The position numbers and the translations under genes are program-made. 64,000 bases of DNA from Mobula hypostoma (Eukaryota): NCBI RefSeq assembly GCF_963921235.1, contig NC_086097.1, positions 70,000,001 through 70,064,000 of the forward strand, written 5' to 3'. Shown here one piece after another: positions 52,589 through 64,000 of this stretch; position 1 is the first letter of the stretch; each line of letters starts with the position of its first letter. Under the pieces are notes generated by a model, which made no database searches, was not told the DNA's origin, and was given only the letters and a program-made list of their open reading frames with translations.

Positions 52589-53307
52589 ATACGGGTAGAC
52601 CCCTGGTGACACAGTTAGTTTTCAGTTAGATAGTCAGTCAGATACTCCGCTACGCTGTTTACTTGATCCATGATGTAGTATAGTTTTAAAACGGAGTTTT
52701 ACTTTCTATTGTAAGCTACAGAAGTGTTGGGCTGGCAGTTTCACCAATCTCTGCTAGGTTTGTTGATGTATCTTTTCAGTAATATTGGAGAGTGAAGACG
52801 GGAACCTGAAGGAGTCGTTCGGCGGTTTTGGAGAGGATCCCCATTATTGAATTCGTTCGAGAAAGAGTGATCTGCATAAGATAACCTCTGCTAAAAGCAG
52901 CAGAAAAGGTTGTGCAGTATCTAGCCTCCAGAGGAAAAAGGTCAGTTTCTTTAAACCATTTTATTTCCATCGTTGTGAATCCTGCGGACAAGGAAGGTTC
53001 CGGCCGGAATCAGCAGTAACGTCGTGTCTTCGAGGAATTCTTTACTTCAGGAAAGTCTCTCCTAATTGACTGTATAAATATCTTGGACTTTTAAATTTAC
53101 CATTCTAAGATCTGTGTTGCATTTACCACTTTAAGAACCAGTACTGAGTTTGGCGGTTCGTTAAATGGCCGCATAGCAGTTTACTTCCGGTTAAGGTTTT
53201 CGTTTGTTTATCCTTTTACTAATTTTGAGCAGAGTTTAATAAACGTTTATTTGTTTATAAAACCTGACTCAATTCTATATTCATTGTTGCCGGTCACGTG
53301 ACAGTAC

Positions 53308-53480
53308 ATAGAACATAGAGTAGTACAGCACAAGAACAGGCCCTTTGGCCTACAATGTTGTGTCAAACCAAATAAGTTAGTAATCAAATAATCCAGTAAA
53401 CCAATCCCTTATGCCTACACAATGCCCATATCCTTCCATTTTCCTCAAATTCATGTACCAATCTAGACATCTCTAAAAGT
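53308..53480 (-). mobile_element. CR1 3' tail fragment
   Basis: atagaacatagagtagtacagcac..caggccc, matching the tail at 33614. Confidence 0.65.
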
Positions 53481-53489
53481 CTTAAAACA

Positions 53490-54490
53490 CTTGCCCCTCA
53501 CATCTCTTGTCCCGCACTACAAGGGTTAGGGTTCCTCTTGTCCTCACCTACCACCCCACCAGCCTCCGTATCCAGCACATAATTCTCCAAAACTTCCGTC
53601 ACCACCAACTGGATCCCACCACCAAACACATCTTTCCATTCCCCACCCACTTTCTGTTTTCACATAAATCGCTCCCTATGCGACTTCCTTGTCCATTTGT
53701 CCTTCCCCACTGATCTCCCTCCTGGCACTTATCCTTGCAACTGGAACAAGTGCTATGCCTGCCCCTACTCCTCCTCCAACACTACCTTTCAAGGCCCCAA
53801 ACAATCCTTCCAGATGAGCTGAAACTTCACCTGTGAGTCTGTTGGGGGCATATACTGTGTTTGGTGTTCCTGGTGTGGCCTTCTGTATATTGGTGAGACT
53901 CAACATAGATTGAGAGATAGCTTCACCGAGCATCTACGCTCCATCCGCCAGAACAACTGTGATCTGCCAGTAGCCACCCATTTTAATTCCACTTCCATTC
54001 CCATTCTGATACATCCGTCCATGGACATGTGGATGTCCAAGGATGGACATTGTTGTGATAAGTCCCCTTAGGTTTGAGGAACAACACCTTATATTCCATC
54101 TGGGTGGCCTCCAACCTGATGGAATGGACATCAACTTCTCAAACTTCCAGTAGTGCCTCTCCCCTACTGCTCACCATTTCCGGTCCCCTTTTCCCTCTCT
54201 CATGTTATCTCCTTGCCTGCCATTACTTCCCTTTAGTGCTCCCCAACTTTCTCTTTCTTCCATGACCTTCTCCCTTACACCAATCAACTTCCCAGCTTTT
54301 TGCTTCATCCCCCACCCCCCACCTTTCAAATCTACTCCTCAGCCTTTTTCTCCAGTCCAGCCAAACGGTTTCAGCCAGAAACGTCAACTGTGCTTTTTTC
54401 TATAGATGTTGCCTGGCCTGCTGAATACCTCCGGCATTTTGTGTGTGTTGCTCAGATTTCCAGCATTTCAGATTTTCTCTTGCTTGTGAA
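53490..54490 (+). mobile_element. Degenerate Penelope-like element, 3' part
   Basis: RVPLVLTYHP, GIY-YIG remnants (LYIGET, PVATHFN); terminal repeat homologous to 40570-40680. Confidence 0.85.
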
Positions 54491-55345
54491 TCCTCTCTGA
54501 ATGTTCAATGCGTGTTTTGGATTATTTGTCTGAATTTAAATGCCTAATCATTAAAAATAAAATAACTGTGTTTAAACTACCTGGTTAGCTGAAAGTATCT
54601 TCTCCTTGCTAGAGAGGGGGACCCACCACTCAGGAAGTGGGTATTGGCAGATAAACCTTTGACAGGGAGGTAAGTGTAGGTGGATACAATATAACCTCCC
54701 TATAGTGAGGATATCTGTAAATATCTATATTGGATAGGGTTTAAAATAATCTCTGAGTTTAGGGCTTTGCAGGGAGGGAACCTGCTATGTTTTGTAACTT
54801 CAAAATATTAAACTAATTCAAAGGAAGACATGGGAGTCCAAAAATGCGAGTCGATGATCGTGTTATATTAAGCGAGGTATGCAAGTATATCGTGATAGCG
54901 TGATGACCTATGCAATTCATGTATTTCTACATATAATCCATAATGAATTATTGAAATGTACAAGAATGCTTAATCAACCTATATATATACACACACACAA
55001 GATCACTCAATTACTATTGAAATATTAAACACACAACACTTCTCTCTGCTTAGTTATAAACTTGACCCAATTGAGAATGTACCTCAACGATGTACACAGT
55101 ATACTATCTAATACAACTACTATATATGGACATCCACAGCACAGTAAATTTTAAATTGTTCCATTTGGCCCTAAAGATTTAATTGCTGTGAAGGCTTTCT
55201 TACTCTTGTGGAGTTACGTCTTTCACTGTGCTTGGCAGGTGAAACTTGTGGCTGTGAAGCAATCCCAGGTTCTGGTGCCTCCTCCGTGATGATTGTAAGA
55301 GCTGAAGCTGGGACTGCAGGAAGTGGCTCTGACAGCTCTGGACAC

Positions 55346-55909
55346 CTTTCTTCTCCTTCATTTTTCTTCTATTTTGTGCCTCTTGCTCTTGGGAAGGTGC
55401 ATTTAGTTCATGGGCATATTCTCATATTAATCCTTCTATTGCTCCCCATATGATCAGATCACACTCGTCTGGGTTTCCACGTCAATATTATCTAACAAAT
55501 ACTCCGTTTCAGCATCTCCATTGACTCCTTTCTTTTTTGCCTTCCATTCATCCAGCTGGGCTTTGGTCTTTGCATCTACTTTTACAAGCAGCTTTGTGTC
55601 TCCCACTTGAAGCTGTTCATGCAATAACCTTAATGCACGTAGAGTAGACTCTGGCTCTTTATACTCACAAAAGAGGAATACTTGTAACCTTCCTGAAGCT
55701 CCTTGAACTCTCTTCCAGCTTAAAACCAAGCCACATTTCGCAAGAAACTGCCTGATTAACATATCAGAAGATTTCTCGGATATGTTACCTATAAAAACAG
55801 GTGTAATCAGACCACTTCTTTTGTCACTTTCACAATTCCTCTGAGCAGCATGGTCCTTTCTTGGTCCAACATGCTTTCCAACCAGAGGCACATAGGATGA
55901 CACCAACAC
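55346..55909 (-). pseudogene. RBM25: Processed partial retrocopy of RNA-binding motif protein 25 (RRM region)
   Basis: VFIGNISEKSSDMLIRQFLAKCGLVLSWKRVQGASGRLQ..FCEYKEPESTLRALRLLH..KLLVKVDAKTKAQLDEWKAKKK matches the vertebrate RBM25 N-terminal RRM. After a frameshift it continues GAIEGLI*EYAHELNAPSQE..KEKK. No introns, no start codon, one stop. Confidence 0.93.
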
Positions 55910-56251
55910 CTGCTTGCTCTCTGCTGGGGAATGGTGCACAGCATGGAGACAGTTGCGGCATCATCCAGTACCTTTCTTAAATCACTTTGAGCTGGCTTCA
56001 TTGCAGGGAATGTGGCATGAAAACGGTGGATGGATTTCCAATCAAGTTGTAATTGACTCAGCCTCTTACATCCCCACAATGCTGGTCCTCCTGTTTTTAC
56101 TACATACAAGCACAATGTGGCTTGTTGGTTGCTGTATTTCACTGTTACGGATGTCATTCACATGGGAGTTATTGTTCTCCAGTATAAGTTCTTAGTTTGA
56201 TATCTGCAGGTTTCCATTTCGCATCTTTGAAATGCCTCTCAAACCCATTTC

Positions 56252-56987
56252 TAAGGAGCTGGTGGTGGACCTGAGCAGAGCTAAGGCACCGGTGACCCCT
56301 GTTTCCATCCAGGGGGTCAGTGTGGACATGGTGGGGGATTACAAATACCTGGGGATATGTATTGACAATAAACTGGACTGGTCAAAGAACACTGAGGCTG
56401 TCTACAAGAAGGGTCAGAGCTGTCTCTATTTCCTGAGGAGACTGAAGTCCTTTAACATCTATCGGACGATACTGAAGATGTTCTACGAGTCTGTGGTGGC
56501 CAGTGCTATCATGTTTGCTATTGTGAGCTGGGGCAGCAGGCTGAGGGTAGCAGACACCAACAGAATCAACAAACTCACTCGTAAGGCCAGTGATGTTGTG
56601 GGGATGGAACTGGACTCTCTGACGGTGGTGTCTGAAAAGAGGATGCTGTCCAAGTTTCATGCCATCTTGGACAATATCTCCCATCCACTACATAATGTAC
56701 TGGTTGGGCACAGGAGTACATTCAGCCAGAGACTCATTCCACTGAGATGCAACACTGAGCGTCATAGGAAATCATTCCTGCCTGTGGCCATCAAACTTTA
56801 CAACTCCTCCCTTGGAGGGTCAGACATCCTGAGCCAATAGGCTGGTCCTGGACTTATTTCCTGGCATTTACATATTACTATTTAATTATTTATGGTTTTA
56901 TATTTCTTTATTTATACTCTATTCTTGGTTGGTGCAATTGTAACGAAAACCAATTTCACTCGGGATCAATAAAGTATGACTATGACT
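56252..56987 (+). mobile_element. 5'-truncated Rex1/Babar-type LINE nested in the Gypsy protease region
   Basis: KELVVD..YKYLG..IDNKLDWSKNT..KKGQS.LYFLRRL..FYESVVAS; AATAAA plus (tatgac)n tail; TSD ATTTC (56247-51 / 56988-92). Confidence 0.88.
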
Positions 56988-57716
56988 ATTTCGTGGAATG
57001 AGTGAAATGGCTGAACTAGTGTCTAATTCCATTTTAATTAATTTGCCGCTTGCTTTAGGCAAAAGCCATAATACTTGTCTATTGTTAATTTTCCCCATTG
57101 TAATTTTCAAAGCTACACAGTCCTGTGTCACTCTTATCATTGTGAGAGTTTTCATCACTAGGGTGCAGATTAGTGCTCATTTTGAAACCGCAACTTGTAG
57201 TTTTTTCTCCTCTTTATGCAGTCCACTTATTTTTGCCTGCTCAACATGCTCTTCTTATGTATCCTACTTTGTTGTATTTACTGCAATTTTCTCATTTAAT
57301 TCTGCATTGGTCTGGAGTATGTGACTCCCTGCCACAATGGTAACATAATTTGTTTAGCAAGGCTGGTTTCTGTTTGGACTCTATAGTTTTGTTCACGCTC
57401 ACCTTCATTCCTGTTCGCAACTTAATTAAGTTTCTATCTGTGGTTTCCATTGAAATAGCAATTTCAACTGCTCGTTCAAATGGGAGCTGTGCTTCAGTTA
57501 TGAGCTATTTTTGAATGTATTCTTGTAAGATTCCACAAACTAAAATGGTCATCATTAAGCCAATCACCAAACTGAAAATGCTCAGACAATCTCTTCAATT
57601 CAGCCACATATGCTGAAATTGACTTTCCTTTGTTTTGATTCTTTTTATGAAACCTGAAGCTTTCTGCAAACAACAATGGCTTCAGTTCTGTATGTTCCTG
57701 CACATTTTGACAATAT

Positions 57717-58260
57717 AATCATATAACCATATAACAATTACAGCACGGAAACAGGCCATCTTGGCCCTTCTAATCCGTGCCGAACTCCTACTCTCACCTA
57801 GTCCCACCAACCTGCACTCGGTCCATAACTCTCCATTCCTTTCCTGTCCATATATCTATCCAAATTAACTTTAAACGACAACATCGAACCTGCCTCAGCC
57901 ACTTCTGCTGGAAGCTCGTTCCACACAGCCACCACTCTCTGAGTAAAGAAGTTCCCCCTCATGTTACTCCTAAACTTTTGCCCTTTAACTCTCAACTCAT
58001 GTCCTCTTGTTTGAATCTCCCCCACTTTCAATGGAAAAAGCCTATCCACGTCAACTCTATCAATACCCCTCAAAATTTTAAACACCTCTATCAAGTCCCC
58101 TCTCAACCGTCTATGCTCCAAAGAATAAAGACCTAACTTGTTCAACCTTTCTCTGTAATTTAGGAGATGAAACCCAGGCAACATTTTAGTAAACCTCCTC
58201 TGTACTCTCTCAATTTTATTGACATCTTTCCTATAATTCGGTGACCAGAACTGTACACAA
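57717..58260 (-). mobile_element. Short 5'-truncated CR1 nested in Gypsy gag
   Basis: CVQFWSP..ERVQRRFT..LRGDLIEVFK..WNELP; (tatggtta)n tail; gag rejoins as SEMNFVD/IVK. Confidence 0.9.
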
Positions 58261-59572
58261 TCAACAAAGTTCATTTCTGATGGTTTGGTTGGAGCAGTCA
58301 AACTTCAAAGCAAACTATATACCTTTCAACCTAATGCATGCAGCAAAATTGGTGCTAGTTTCTCATTGGCTATTTCATTCAAAATATTGTTGCATGGGTT
58401 TAGTATGTATATTGCATTTATCTTTTGTGTAATAAAATGTGCCATTTTTTTCTGACGTAGCCGGCCTTTTCTGCTTTTTTTTATATGATTGTTTTACCTA
58501 GTACTCACCCCTTACAAACTTGTGAATTCCTCTGTGTCCTGCCTTACTTTTTAAACTGGATTGTATCTTCCCTTCCGAAGAACATGTGCTGCACTGCTAT
58601 TTTAAAAACTTGACATTCATTGTTGCACCTTTCTTAGTTCAGATGTCTCACTGTGCTTCTACAGGTTGGTAGTCATCTTGTGTTCATTTTAATAAATATA
58701 CTGCATCACCAATGTTATGTTTTGTAACTTCAAAACATTAAACTAATTCAAAGGAAGACTCGAGAGTCCGAGAATGCGGGTCTAATTTTGTGTTTACTTT
58801 AAGTGAGGAGTGCACGTATCACATGCTATCACGATGATGTATGCAATTCACGTTTTAATATATATAACCCATAATGAACTATTTAAACAAACAAGAATAC
58901 TTAATCAACCAATACAAGATTACTCAAATGTTATTGAACTATTAAATACACAACAGAACCCAATACCATCACAAAACAAAACCAGTGAAGCAAGGACCAT
59001 TCTGTACTTCCACACGCAGGTGTCCAGAAAAGATTGGAAAAAACATTTTCACAGAAGGACAGAGATGTTCTCCCAATTTCCTGGCTAATTTTTATCTCAC
59101 TATCACCGTCACTAAAATGGATTTTTTTTGTACACCGCTGCTTATGGCACCTTACCATTATAATATACTTCTTTGGTTGTGCTTTGGGATGCCCTGAGGT
59201 TATAATGTTCCCTTATGACTGCCAGTTCTACTTCCTTCTGGTGGCTGTCAATATTTGCCATTTCTAATTTCCTCAAGCACTCCCTTCATAAAGTATTTGC
59301 TTTGCATTTGTTACCTTTTCCTGTTTTGATGAGTGAATTACTGTTAATCATTCAGCAATAGTATTATCAAGTGAGATGTGGGACATTTGAGAGACTTTGA
59401 ATTTTACTGTGCTCATGGACTTCTTCATCAAGTTATGGTATTGTTGCACTGTTGTAACTATATGTTATAGAAACATAGAAACATAGAAACATAGAAAATA
59501 GGTGCAGGAGTAGGCCATTCGGCCCTTCGAGCCTGCACCGCCATTTATTATGATCATGGCTGATCATCCAAC

Positions 59573-62338
59573 TCAGAACCCCGCCCCAGCCTTCCCTCCA
59601 TACCCCCTGACCCCTGTAGCCACAAGGGCCATATCTAACTCCCTCTTAAACATAGCCAATGAACTGGCCTCAACAGTTTGCTGTGGCAGAGAATTCCACA
59701 GATTCACCACTCTCTGTGTGAAGAAGTTTTTCCTAATCTCGGTCCTAAAAGGCTTCCCCTCTATCCTCAAACTGTGACCCCTCGTTCTGGACCTCCGCAA
59801 CATCGGGAACAATCTTCCTGCATCTAGCCTGTCCAATCCCTTTAGGATCTTATACGTTTCAATCAGATCCCCCCTCAATCTTCTAAATTCCAACGAGTAC
59901 AAGCCCAGTTCATCCAGTCTTTCTTCATATGAAAGTCCTGCCATCCCAGGAATCAATCTGGTGAACCTTCTTTGTACTCCCTCTATGGCAAAGATGTCTT
60001 TCCTCAGATTAGGGGACCAAAACTGCACACAATACTCCAGGTGTGGTCTCACCAAGGCCTTGTACAACTGCAGTAGTACCTCCCTGCTCCTGTACTCGAA
60101 TCCTCTTGCTATGAATGCCAGCATACCATTCGCCTTTTTCACCGCCTGCTGTACCTGCATGCCCACTTTCAATGACTGGTGTATAATGACACCCAGGTCT
60201 CGTTGCACCTCCCCTTTTCCTAATCGGCCACCATTCAGATAATAATCTGTTTTCCTATTTTTGCCACCAAAGTGGATAACTTCACATTTATCCACATTAA
60301 ATTGCATCTGCCATGAGTTTGCCCACTCACCCAACCTATCCAAGTCACCCTGCATCCTCTTAGCATCCTCCTCACTGCTAACACTGCCACCCAGCTTCGT
60401 GTCATCCGCAAACTTGGAGATGCTGCATTTAATTCCCTCATCCAAGTCATTAATATATATTGTAAACAACTGGGGTCCCAGCACTGAGCCTTGCGGTACC
60501 CCACTAGTCACCCCCTGCCATTCTGAAAAGGTCCCGTTTATTCCCACTCTTTGCTTCCTGTCTGCTAACCAATTCTCCACCCACACCAATACCTTACCCC
60601 CAATACCGTGTGCTTTAAGTTTGCACACTAATCTCCTGTGTGGGACCTTGTCAAAAGCCTTTTGAAAATCCAAATATACCACATCCACTGGTTCTCCCCT
60701 ATCCACTCTACTAGTTGCATCCTCAAAAAATTCTATGAGATTCGTCAGACATGATTTTCCTTTCACAAATCCATGCTGACTTTATCCGATCATTTCACCG
60801 CTTTCCAAATGCGCTGTTATCACATCCTTGATAACTGACTCCAGCAGTTTCCCCACCACCGACGTTAGGCTAACCGGCCTATAATTCCCCGGTTTCTCTC
60901 TCCCTCCTTTTTTAAAAAGTGGGGTTACATTAGCCACCCGCCAATCCTCAGGAACTAGTCCAGAATCTAACGAGTTTTGAAAAATTATCACTAATGCATC
61001 CATTATTTCTTGGGCTACTTCCTTAAGCACTCTAGGATGCAGACCATCTGGCCCTGGGGATTTATCTGCCTTCAATCCCTTCAATTTACCTAACACCACT
61101 TCCCTACTAACATGTATTTCACTCAGTTCCTCCATCTCACTGGACCCTCTGTCCCTTACTATTTCTGGAAGATTATTTATGTCCTCCTTAGTGAAGACAG
61201 AACCAAAGTAATTATTCAATTGGTCTGCCATGTCCTTGCTCCCTATAATCAATTCACCTGTTTCTGTCTGCAGGGGACCTACATTTGTCTTTACCAGTCT
61301 TTTCCTTTTTACATATCTATAAAAGCTTTTACAGTCTGTTTTTATGTTCTCTGCCAGTTTTCTCTCATAATCTTTTTTCCCCTTCCTAATTAAGCCCTTT
61401 GTCCTCCTCTGCTGAACTCTGAATTTCTCCCAGTCCTCAGGTGAGCCACTTTCTCTGGCTAATTTGTATGCTACTTCTTTGGAATTGATACTATCCCTAA
61501 TTTCTCTTGTCAGCCACGGGTGCACTACCTTCCTTGATTTATTCTTTTGCCAAACTGGGATGAACAATTGTTGTAGTTCATCCATGCAACCTTTAAATGC
61601 TTGCCATTGCATATCCACCGTCAATCCTTTAAGTGTCATTTGCCAGTCTATCTTAGCTAATTCACGTCTCATACCTTCAAAGTTACCCCTCTTTAAGTTC
61701 AGAACCTTTGTTTCTGAATTAACTATGTCACTCTCCATATTAATGAAGAATTCCACCATATTATGGTCACTCTTACCCAAGGGGCCTCTCACGACAAGAT
61801 CGCTAATTAACCCTTCCTCATTGCTCAAAACCCAGTCCAGAATAGCCTGCTCTCTAGTTGGTTCCTCGACATGTTGGTTCAAAAAACCATCCCGCATACA
61901 TTCCAAGAAATCCTCTTCCTCAGCACCTTTACCAATTTGGTTCACCCAGTCTACATGTAGATTGAAGTCACCCATTATAACTGCTGTTCCTTTATTGCAC
62001 ACATTTCTAATTTCCTGTTTAATACCATCTCCGACCTCACTACTACTGTTAGGTGGCCTGTACACAACTCCCACCAGCGTCTTCTGCCCCTTAGTGTTAC
62101 GCAGCTCTACCCATATCGATTCCACATCTTCCCGGCTTATGTCCTTCCTTTCTATTGCGTTAATCTCTTCTTTAACCAGCAACGCCACCCCACCTCTCCT
62201 TCCTTCATGTCTATCCCTCCTGAATATTGAATATCCCTGAACGTTGAGCTCCCATCCCTGGTCACCCTGGAGCCATGTCTCTGTGATCCCAACTATATCA
62301 TAATCATTAATAACAATCTGCACTTTCAATTCATCCAC
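59573..62338 (-). pseudogene. CR1 ORF2 (APE and RT) with a single in-frame stop at 60782-60784
   Basis: The 518-aa and 397-aa ORFs are in the same frame, separated by TAA-SQHGF; FADD is intact. Confidence 0.9.
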
Positions 62339-62610
62339 CTTATTACGAATGCTCCTTGCATTGACACATAAAGCCTTCAGGCGCTCTTTTACAACTCTCT
62401 TAGCCCTTGTACAATTATGTTGAAAAGTGGCCCTTTTTAATGCTTACCCTGGATTTGTCGGCCTGCCACTTTTACTTTTCTCCTTTGTACTTTTTGCTTC
62501 TACGCTCACTTTACACCCCTCTGTCTCTCTGCACTGGTTCCCATCCCTCTGTTGTGAACTAACCTCCTCACGCCTAGCCTCTTTATTTTGATTCCCACCC
62601 CCCAACCATT

Positions 62611-63447
62611 CTAGTTTAAAGTCACCTCAGTAGCCCCCGCTAATCTCCCTGCCAGGATATTGGTCCCCCTAGGATTCAAGTGTAACCCGTCCTTTTTGTA
62701 CAGGTCACGCCTGCGCCAAAAGAGGTCCCAATGATCCAAAAACTTGAATCCCTGCCCCCTGCTCCAATCCCTCAGCCACGCATTTATCCTCCACCTCATC
62801 GCATTCCTACTCTCACTGTCGCGTGGCACAGGCAGTAATCCCGAGATTACTACCTTTGCGGTCCTTTTTCTCAACTCCCTTCCTAGCTCCCTATATTCTC
62901 CTTTCAGGACCTCATCCCTTTTCCTACCTATGTCATTGGTACCTATATGTACCACGACCTCTGGCTCCTCACCCTCCCACTTCAGGATATCTTGGACACG
63001 ATCAGAAATATCCCGGACCCTGGCACCAGGGAGGCAAACTACCATCCGGGTCTCTGGACTGCGTCCACAGAATCGCCTATCTGACCCCCTTACTATCGAG
63101 TCCCCTATCACAACTGCCCTCCTCTTCCTTGCCCTACCCTTCTGAGCTACAGGGCCAGACTCTGCGCCGGAGGCACGGCCACTGTCGCTTCCCCCTGGTA
63201 AGCTGTCCCCCCCAACAGTACTCAAACAGGAGTACCTGTTGTTAAGGGGCACAGCCACCGGGGTACTCCCCATCACCTGACTTTTCCCCTTCCCCCTCCT
63301 AACCGTGACCCACTTGTCTGCCTCCCGTGGCCCCGGCGTGACCACCTGCCTTCCACTCCTCTCTATCACCTCCTCGCTCTCCCTGACCAGACGAAGGTCA
63401 TCGAGCTGCAGCTCCAGTTCCGTAACGCGGTCCCTTAGGAGCTGCAT
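62611..63447 (-). CDS. CR1 ORF1p (coiled coil and SGNH/GDSL esterase), N-terminally truncated
   Basis: RVTELELQL; VIGDSIVRG, CLPGA, HIGTND, DGLHLN blocks. Confidence 0.85.
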   Translation of the reverse strand: MQLLRDRVTELELQLDDLRLVRESEEVIERSGRQVVTPGPREADKWVTVRRGKGKSQVMGSTPVAVPLNNRYSCLSTVGGDSLPGGSDSGRASGAESGPVAQKGRARKRRAVVIGDSIVRGSDRRFCGRSPETRMVVCLPGARVRDISDRVQDILKWEGEEPEVVVHIGTNDIGRKRDEVLKGEYRELGRELRKRTAKVVISGLLPVPRDSESRNAMRWRINAWLRDWSRGQGFKFLDHWDLFWRRRDLYKKDGLHLNPRGTNILAGRLAGATEVTLN

Positions 63448-64000
63448 CTCGATATAATTATGTGGTTTTGTTAGTTTTTTTCAGTCTTGCTCTGTCCTGT
63501 GTTTTGTGATATCACACCGGAGGAAATATTGTATCATTTCTTAATGCATGCATTACTAAATGACAATAAAGGAGGACTGCGTGTCTTCATAATCTAAAAA
63601 GTAGTCATGTTTCTTAGTTTTATTTGCATGCACAAGGAAAGACTAGAGATACTGGGGACTAACAGAGGAGACACAGCCACAAATGATGTGATTACTGAAG
63701 AATCAACATTACTCATTTTCTTTTAAAATTCAATTAGTAGTTCAATTTCATGTTATTTCTTTAAGAGCAATGAGGGGAATGCTTTACAAGTGCGTATAAT
63801 AGATATAAGCAGCTACATTGAAGGTCAATTTCAGCTTAGTTATACAAAGTCTGAAGCAACATCTATCGAGGAGGAGTAATTCGCTTGGGCTATTTTAATT
63901 TCAGTTATACAAATCAGTTAAGCTTTCTACACCATCTGTCTCAGTAATTCCTCCACTGCTCTCATAATAACAATTGTTTAACAAGAAACAAGATAGAATT

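Larger units (their letters stand above)
45519..53303 (+). mobile_element. Gmr1-type Gypsy LTR retrotransposon (gag/SCAN-like, PR, IN, RT; RNase H deleted)
   Basis: LTRs 45519-46388 and 50750-53303 (the latter interrupted by CR1). 4-bp TSD GTAC. tRNA-Pro-like PBS TGGAGGCTCGT at 46394-46404. PPT GGAGGGAGG. PR LRDIGAS. Integrase ORF 48501-49508 precedes RT ORF 49511-50488 (YIDD). Confidence 0.93.
54783..58955 (-). mobile_element. Gypsy LTR retrotransposon with pol replaced by a host cDNA fragment
   Basis: LTRs 58713-58955 and 54783-55038. 5-bp TSD GAACC (54778-82 / 58956-60). PBS-like TGGTGATG. PPT AAGCAGAGAGAAG. gag (AESFRFHKKNQ), PR (MELDTSS) and integrase tail (ERRNSTRVRKP) remain. Same family as 8746-13855. 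Confidence 0.92.
59470..63452 (-). mobile_element. Young near-full-length CR1 LINE
   Basis: (tatgtttc)n tail, TATA duplication, open ORF1, and ORF2 broken only by one in-frame TAA; CpGs largely retained. Confidence 0.95.
59385..63600 (+). mobile_element. LINE 3' UTR fragment (Rex1/Babar-like) split by CR1 (pieces 59385-59469 and 63453-63600)
   Basis: The sequence joins as ..gtaactatatgtTATAattatgtgg..; it ends with aatgacaataaa and a short tail. Confidence 0.5.

Noticed and set aside
54355..54392. Hammerhead motif in the second Penelope copy (also 1845-1882)
   Set aside because: The catalytic CUGANGA box is mutated, so these are only homologous remnants
55454..55939. Functional RBM25 gene
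   Set aside because: Partial, intronless, no true start, a frameshift and a stop, altered RNP1 (VFLF), and embedded in an LTR element
61464..62240. 258-aa plus-strand ORF and similar antisense ORFs over CR1 copies
   Set aside because: Antisense shadows of LINE ORFs with no independent motifs

Overview
Eukaryotic, repeat-saturated 64 kb. The mix of CR1 LINEs, Penelope elements, V-SINE-like SINEs, Rex1/Babar LINEs and Tc1 elements looks like a cartilaginous fish, probably a ray; that is inference from repeat style only. No intact host protein-coding gene could be identified. Most of the window is nested mobile elements, many delimited by target-site duplications (TSDs): numerous CR1 LINEs, four Gypsy LTR elements (one Gmr1-type with integrase before RT), two Passport-like Tc1 copies plus a Tc1 deletion derivative, a Hero-clade LINE with a 28-bp TSD, L1 and Rex1/Babar fragments, and Penelope ends with hammerhead-ribozyme-like cores. 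There are also two minisatellites born inside retroelements. The most striking object is an LTR-bounded, TSD-flanked Gypsy element (54783-58955) whose pol region is replaced by an intronless fragment of the host splicing-factor mRNA RBM25, possibly a frame-shifting isoform. Also notable: two separately inserted young CR1 copies share the same in-frame TAA in ORF2. Element boundaries without TSDs are approximate. Family names come from recognising motifs, not from database searches.
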